From Vulcanimicrobiota bacterium (GTDB lineage: Bacteria > Vulcanimicrobiota > Vulcanimicrobiia > Vulcanimicrobiales > Vulcanimicrobiaceae): 11,157 bases of DNA. The position numbers and the translations under genes were made by a program. The notes under the pieces were generated by a model. It saw nothing but the letters and a program-made list of their open reading frames with translations. It ran no database searches and was not told the DNA's origin. Positions 6,721 through 11,157 of this stretch are shown here, piece after piece (position 1 is the stretch's first letter; each line of letters opens with the position of its first letter). The stretch is taken from NCBI GenBank assembly GCA_963733295.1, contig CAVTCS010000014.1, forward strand, positions 1-11,157, given 5' to 3'.

Positions 6721-8384
6721 TTGAAGGAAGCAGCACGTCACCAGTCAACAGTTGATGGGCTGTCCAAGACGGAGCAGCTGTTCCATCGTGCGCGTACATG
6801 TTGGGACGATGGCGAAGTAACGTTCTGCCTTCAATTGCTCGATGAGATCCCGTTTGACGCGCATGTCTCAGAAACAGCGCTCCTGCGCGCGCGTGTGCTC
6901 CTGCACCAAGGGAACTCAGCCTCCGCGGAGGTCTGGCTTCTCGATACCCTCGGAAGGCACTCCGACGCTGCGTCCAAGGCGATCGCGCTTGCGCTCATCG
7001 GCCAGTCGCTGTTCACCGCCGGCGATCACAAGGAAGCGGAACGGTGGCTGAAGTGTGCGGGTGACTTAGCCTCAACCGACTCAATTCGCGCGGAAATCGC
7101 CTATCTTCAATCTGAATGTGCCTTAACGCGCCACGAGTCCTCAGGTCAGACCGACAGAGGAGCACTTTGAGTCGCGCGACAGTCAGCACTTTGCGCATTA
7201 CGTTACGGCGGAAATGCCATTTTGTCTGCTCGCGCTCACGCAGTTCTGTCTAGCATTGCCATCGCCGGTGCAGACGATGAAGCGGCAAGGCAAGAGTTCC
7301 TCAAAGCTATCGAGGTGCTCGGGGCTTCGTCGGCGGCCGACGCTCATCTTCGCGCGTCTCTCGTTCACGCTGTCTCGATAATTGAAGTGCAGGTCAAAGG
7401 CGTGGCGCCGCAAGCTCTTAGCACCGAACTGGCCCGCGTGGTCTGGACGCCCGACCTGAAGTGGGTTCGAGAATCCAAACGCTTTGCAACATCGGGATCG
7501 CTCATCAACGGCTCGGGTCATATTCTGTTGCGGCAGAGTGCTTCATGCTCGCCACTGAAATCTCTCCGGATCCCGCCTGGGCGCTTTCTGGCTTAGCACA
7601 TTGCATGGCCCTTGCTGTATATTGCGGCGAGCTCATCAGCGCTAGAGCACTCGCCACCTCAGCCGCTTGCGCAATGCGACGGGTTGAGTGGGAGCATGCG
7701 ACCGACGAGCAATGCGAGGGATTACTGGTCTTTGCGTATGCTCTGTGTCGACTAGGCGACGACGAACTAGCTAAGACCGCCTGGGACCTCTTCGCCTGCG
7801 ACAAAACGTCGGGTGCACTGCGCGCCAAAGCCTTGCGCCATAGCGGTATGACGCATCAAGGCCCGCTGCGGGCGCGGGCAATGCGCCGTCACGCCGCGGG
7901 TTTGGTCGCAATAGCTACGGGCGACAGGCTTGCCGCCGGCGAGTTGCTCGCCGCGGCCAAGCGTGATTGGTTAGACCTCCGTTACCATTGGCGTGCATCC
8001 GAAGCAGCGTCAGATCTGAGCCAACTCGCGAGTAAAGGAACCGGTCGATGCTGCGAGGCCCAAAACGCCGCACGTTCCAGTTCGTGGCCAGCTGGAGAGC
8101 TAATCCGCAGTGGTGTGCCCGCGGCGCTGCTCACCTCGCGCCTATCGGCCCGCGATCGGCAGATTCTCAAGATGGTGCTGAGCGGGCTGACCGATCCAGA
8201 GATAGCGTCTCGCTGCAACATTTCGGCTAAGACAGTTCGCAATATCGTGCATGGATTTTACGGCATCTTTGGCGTCCATAAGCGATCGCAACTGATCGCT
8301 AGGTGTCTAAGTGCCGAAGCAGGCTCGTTTGAGACCTCAGAGCAGGGCCGTAGCACTTCCTCAGCGGGGCAAATCGATGTCTGA
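6721..8384 (+). CDS. TPR-like sensor fused to a C-terminal LuxR-family HTH transcriptional regulator (~550 aa; in-frame TGA at 7168-7170 and frameshift near 7469)
   Basis: TTG start after GCGGAG. ORFs 6721..7170 and 7222..7596 are in the same frame, separated only by TGA. A shift near 7469 gives VWTPDLKWVR-IQTLCNIGIAHQRLG into ORF 7461..8384. The C-terminal LSARDRQILKMVLSGLTDPEIASRCNISAKTVRNIVHGFYGIFGVHKRSQL is a clear LuxR/GerE HTH. Confidence 0.88.
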
Positions 8385-9771
8385 TGGACCGATCGTTCAA
8401 CGACGAGGAACTCCCCGCTTTGCGCAGGCGGTCGATACATTTCGCCGAGCGGAGTTCGACCAGACGCTAGCGCTGATCGCCGGCGATCAGTCGACGCAAG
8501 CCTCGCTTTTATTGGCTCGGACCCTAATGAAGCTCGGTCAGATATCGGAGGCGATCTCGTGCCTCCGCGCGACGGAAACGGCAGGGCTAGACACCGAGTC
8601 CAGCGCCGAACTCCGCCTCCTTGAAGGAATAGCGCTCACTCGAGGCCGGCGCGGCAACAGCGGCTATGCGGTGCTGAACGAAGCCATCGAACTTGCCAAA
8701 CTATCCGATTGTTTCGAGCTCCGACTGGAATGTGATTACTATATTGCTCTTTGGCACTGGACCGAACGCAATGTCGGCGACGCTGAAGAGACTATTGAAG
8801 CATCGCTGCGGTTTGCCCACAACTCAAGGCTTCAGGGCGATCCGACTTACATCTACACTCCGTCAATGCTAGTCAGCCGTGACCTATTGCTGCTAGCGCT
8901 AACGCACGGCTCCCGTGGACAATATCGTGCCATGGCCGAATTCACGATCGACGCGCTTAACCGATACGACGCGGGTTCAAAGCGCGACGCCCATCACGAA
9001 GCTGTCATCGTCGAAGCGCTTTCCGTTTTTATGCGAGACTCTTCCCTCCAGGTTGGAACGCCCGACAGTTTCCTCCAACGTTTGGCAGATTCGCCAGACT
9101 CTCCGTATACGCTACATCAACGCTTTGCTATAGTTCGAAATGTCGCGCTGGCTAAGGCGCATGCTAACGATAACCTCGGTGCCGCGCGCCTGCAGAAAAC
9201 CCTCGCTTCTCTCGCGTTTAGCGAAGTGTCCCGCTTTGTCGCAGCGGTCGATATGGGCGACCTCTACTATGAGATCAATGAACCCCAAAAGGGGACACAC
9301 GAACTCCGTTCCGCGATCGATCGCTCGCGGCGTTGCGACTGGCGGAACGAACCTGGCTCTCAGGACTACCTGCTATACGCTGCTAGGGTCGCTGCACGAA
9401 TCTGCCCTGAAGCGGCGCGGCCCATGCTCGACCAATTCGCGGAAATCTCGGGCCTTAGCCGCGGTTCCGGATAGCGCCCCGACCCTCAGGCTAGAGGCGG
9501 AGATTCGTCCATGACCGAAGGGCTCGTCGCCGAACGTGAGGGACGTGCGGCCGAGGCTATCGCTCACTTGCGCCAAGCGTTCGACGCCTGGCGGACCCTT
9601 GATATCTTTCCTGTATACGAGATCGAGACTGGCCTCGCGTTAGCCGAGCTGACCCGCGATTCGCGCCTATTGCTCGCCCTTGAACCGCGCATTTCGCAAA
9701 AGCCGCCTTCTCGTGCCGTTCGTGATTTTACGCGTCTGAGAAAGCAGCTCGGGGCCTCCACTTCACCCTGA
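8377..9771 (+). CDS. TPR-like all-helical protein without HTH (~460 aa, disrupted around 9472-9510)
   Basis: ATG 8377 overlaps the end of the LuxR gene. ORFs 8311..9474 and 9511..9771 are in the same frame with a TAG between them. Motifs LLLARTLMKLG, FELRLECDYY..W, YIYT, RNVALAKAHANDNLGAARL and MTEGLV match the 4717 paralog. Confidence 0.8.
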
Positions 9772-11157
9772 TGAGTTCAGATCACTCGAGCGAACTCACT
9801 GGAATGGTCAGCGCTCACGGTGCCAGAGCAAGTTTTCTCAGTGGCGACTACGAAGTCGCGCTGTCGGCGGCGCTCGACAGTGGAAGGGCCTTTATAGCGG
9901 TCAGAGCTCTCATACGACTTCAACGATATGATGAAGCAATCGCGTCTCTTCGTTCGTTGGACCGATCGGCCTCGGCGAAGGTTCGAGCAGAGTTCCTTCT
10001 GTTGCGCGGCCAGGCTTTGACGCTGATGGGCAGATTTGCGGAAGCCAGAGATGCTTTGAACGTTGCGCACGGACTCGCGAACGACGCATCGCACCTCGAA
10101 TTGTTGGTCGAAATTCGCTACAGGCTCGGGGTCTTAGCGATTCAGCAGGGGTATGCAAGGCCCGCATTGTGCGCATTCAAGACCGGTATTCGTATGGCCC
10201 TAGCCTCCGGATTTCACCGCGACTCGCAGTACTTCTACTCTGTTGACAACGTCCTGCTACAGCATCTTCGAGGTGCTGCGCTTTGTAGCGCGATGATTGG
10301 CGACTATGAATCTATGATTAGGTTCGACCTTGAGGGCGCCAACACTGCGGATACATTGCGCGAGATCGATATCCGCCATCAGGTCGTGGCTGTTGCGGCA
10401 CTCGCGGTCTTGGCGCGCGACACCGACGTTGAGGAGATTTCGCCTGACTCCGTACTGAGGAGATGGGTATCGCTGCCCAAGGTCGCTGAGATCTTACGAT
10501 TCGACGCCACCATGCACCGTAATGTTGCGATAGCCAAGGCTGCTCGCGGAGATATGCTTGGCGCGTTGCGGGTCCTGAAGGCGAGCATTCAGACCTCTTC
10601 GCCAATCGAGGATCGCATTTTTGCGATTGTCGAATCAGCACGGTTAGCCTGGATGCTAGATAGAAGTGGTTCGGCTGCTCGTGATTTTGACTGCGCGCTG
10701 GAACTGGCCTCGCGTGTCGACTGGGAGAAAGCCTACGACCGATCATCGTTTCTCGCTTCTTGAGTTGTCGGCGATGGCGGCCAAGAGACAACCGCGCGTG
10801 GCAAGGATTCTCTTAACGCGTTTCCAGCGCATCGCGAGCGAGCTCGACTGGTACTCAGGCGCGCGTTTTGATCCCCGTGCAGCTGTTTACGTCACGCTTG
10901 CGGAAGGCATCGTCGAAAAAGGCGAGGGGAATCTTGCCCTTGCCGAAGTCTTGCTACGTAAAGCCTTTGAGTTCTATAAGGCTGCGAGGGTCTTCGGCCG
11001 TTTGACTGCCGAGATTGCGATTGAACTAGCGGAGATCGCCGGAGAGCGCGGCTTTGTTTAACGTCGCTCACGAGTGGGTCTCAACGCGACCGCAGATCCA
11101 TACGTCGCTACTGTTACTTCACCGGAGCGGAAGGACCTTCTGCTGCTGGGCTTTCCG
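9771..11157 (+). CDS. TPR-like all-helical protein, third paralog (frameshifts near 10735 and 11054; 3' end uncertain, possibly beyond the window)
   Basis: TGATG coupling at 9769-9773. ORF 9771..10763 continues in 10666..11061 (VDWEKA..DHRFSLLEL...RFDPR...LAEGIV). Removing one T at 11053-11055 continues it as GERGLFNVAHEWVSTRPQ, aligning W and P with the paralog's GDERLLQRPETWAHLYPL. Motifs HLELLVEIRY, YFYS, RDTD and RNVAIAKAARGDMLGALRVL are present. Confidence 0.78.

Noticed and set aside
4159..10791. Numerous minus-strand ORFs under the TPR array (e.g. 4286..4630, 5653..6123, 7198..7521, 10318..10791)
   Set aside because: Shadow ORFs; paralog conservation lies in the plus-strand frames.
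1..11157. CRISPR array, tRNA/rRNA, transposase or integrase
   Set aside because: No regularly spaced repeats, RNA gene signatures or recombinase motifs were seen.

Overview
GC-rich bacterial window. The lipoprotein and TPR-LuxR protein styles suggest Eremiobacterota/Vulcanimicrobiota, but that is inference only. There are two divergent blocks. The minus strand (about 3681 to 285) carries a tightly coupled five-gene operon: an SdpA/DUF5819-like protein, an SdpB-like HTTM membrane protein, a lipoprotein with a C-terminal NlpC/P60-type (Cys-His) domain, and two exported proteins of unknown function. No SdpC-like toxin precursor is visible. The plus strand (4236 to the window end) carries five related TPR-like helical proteins: one full-length with a C-terminal LuxR HTH, two full-length without an HTH, one whose C-terminus cannot be resolved, and one stand-alone copy of the regulator's N-terminal domain. 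A 16-bp palindromic box (CGGGACAATTGTCCCG and variants) recurs upstream of the regulator and of its N-terminal paralog. Most genes are split by 1-2 nt indels, mainly in homopolymer or dinucleotide runs. This looks like long-read assembly error, so the coordinates below are reconstructed across frameshifts.
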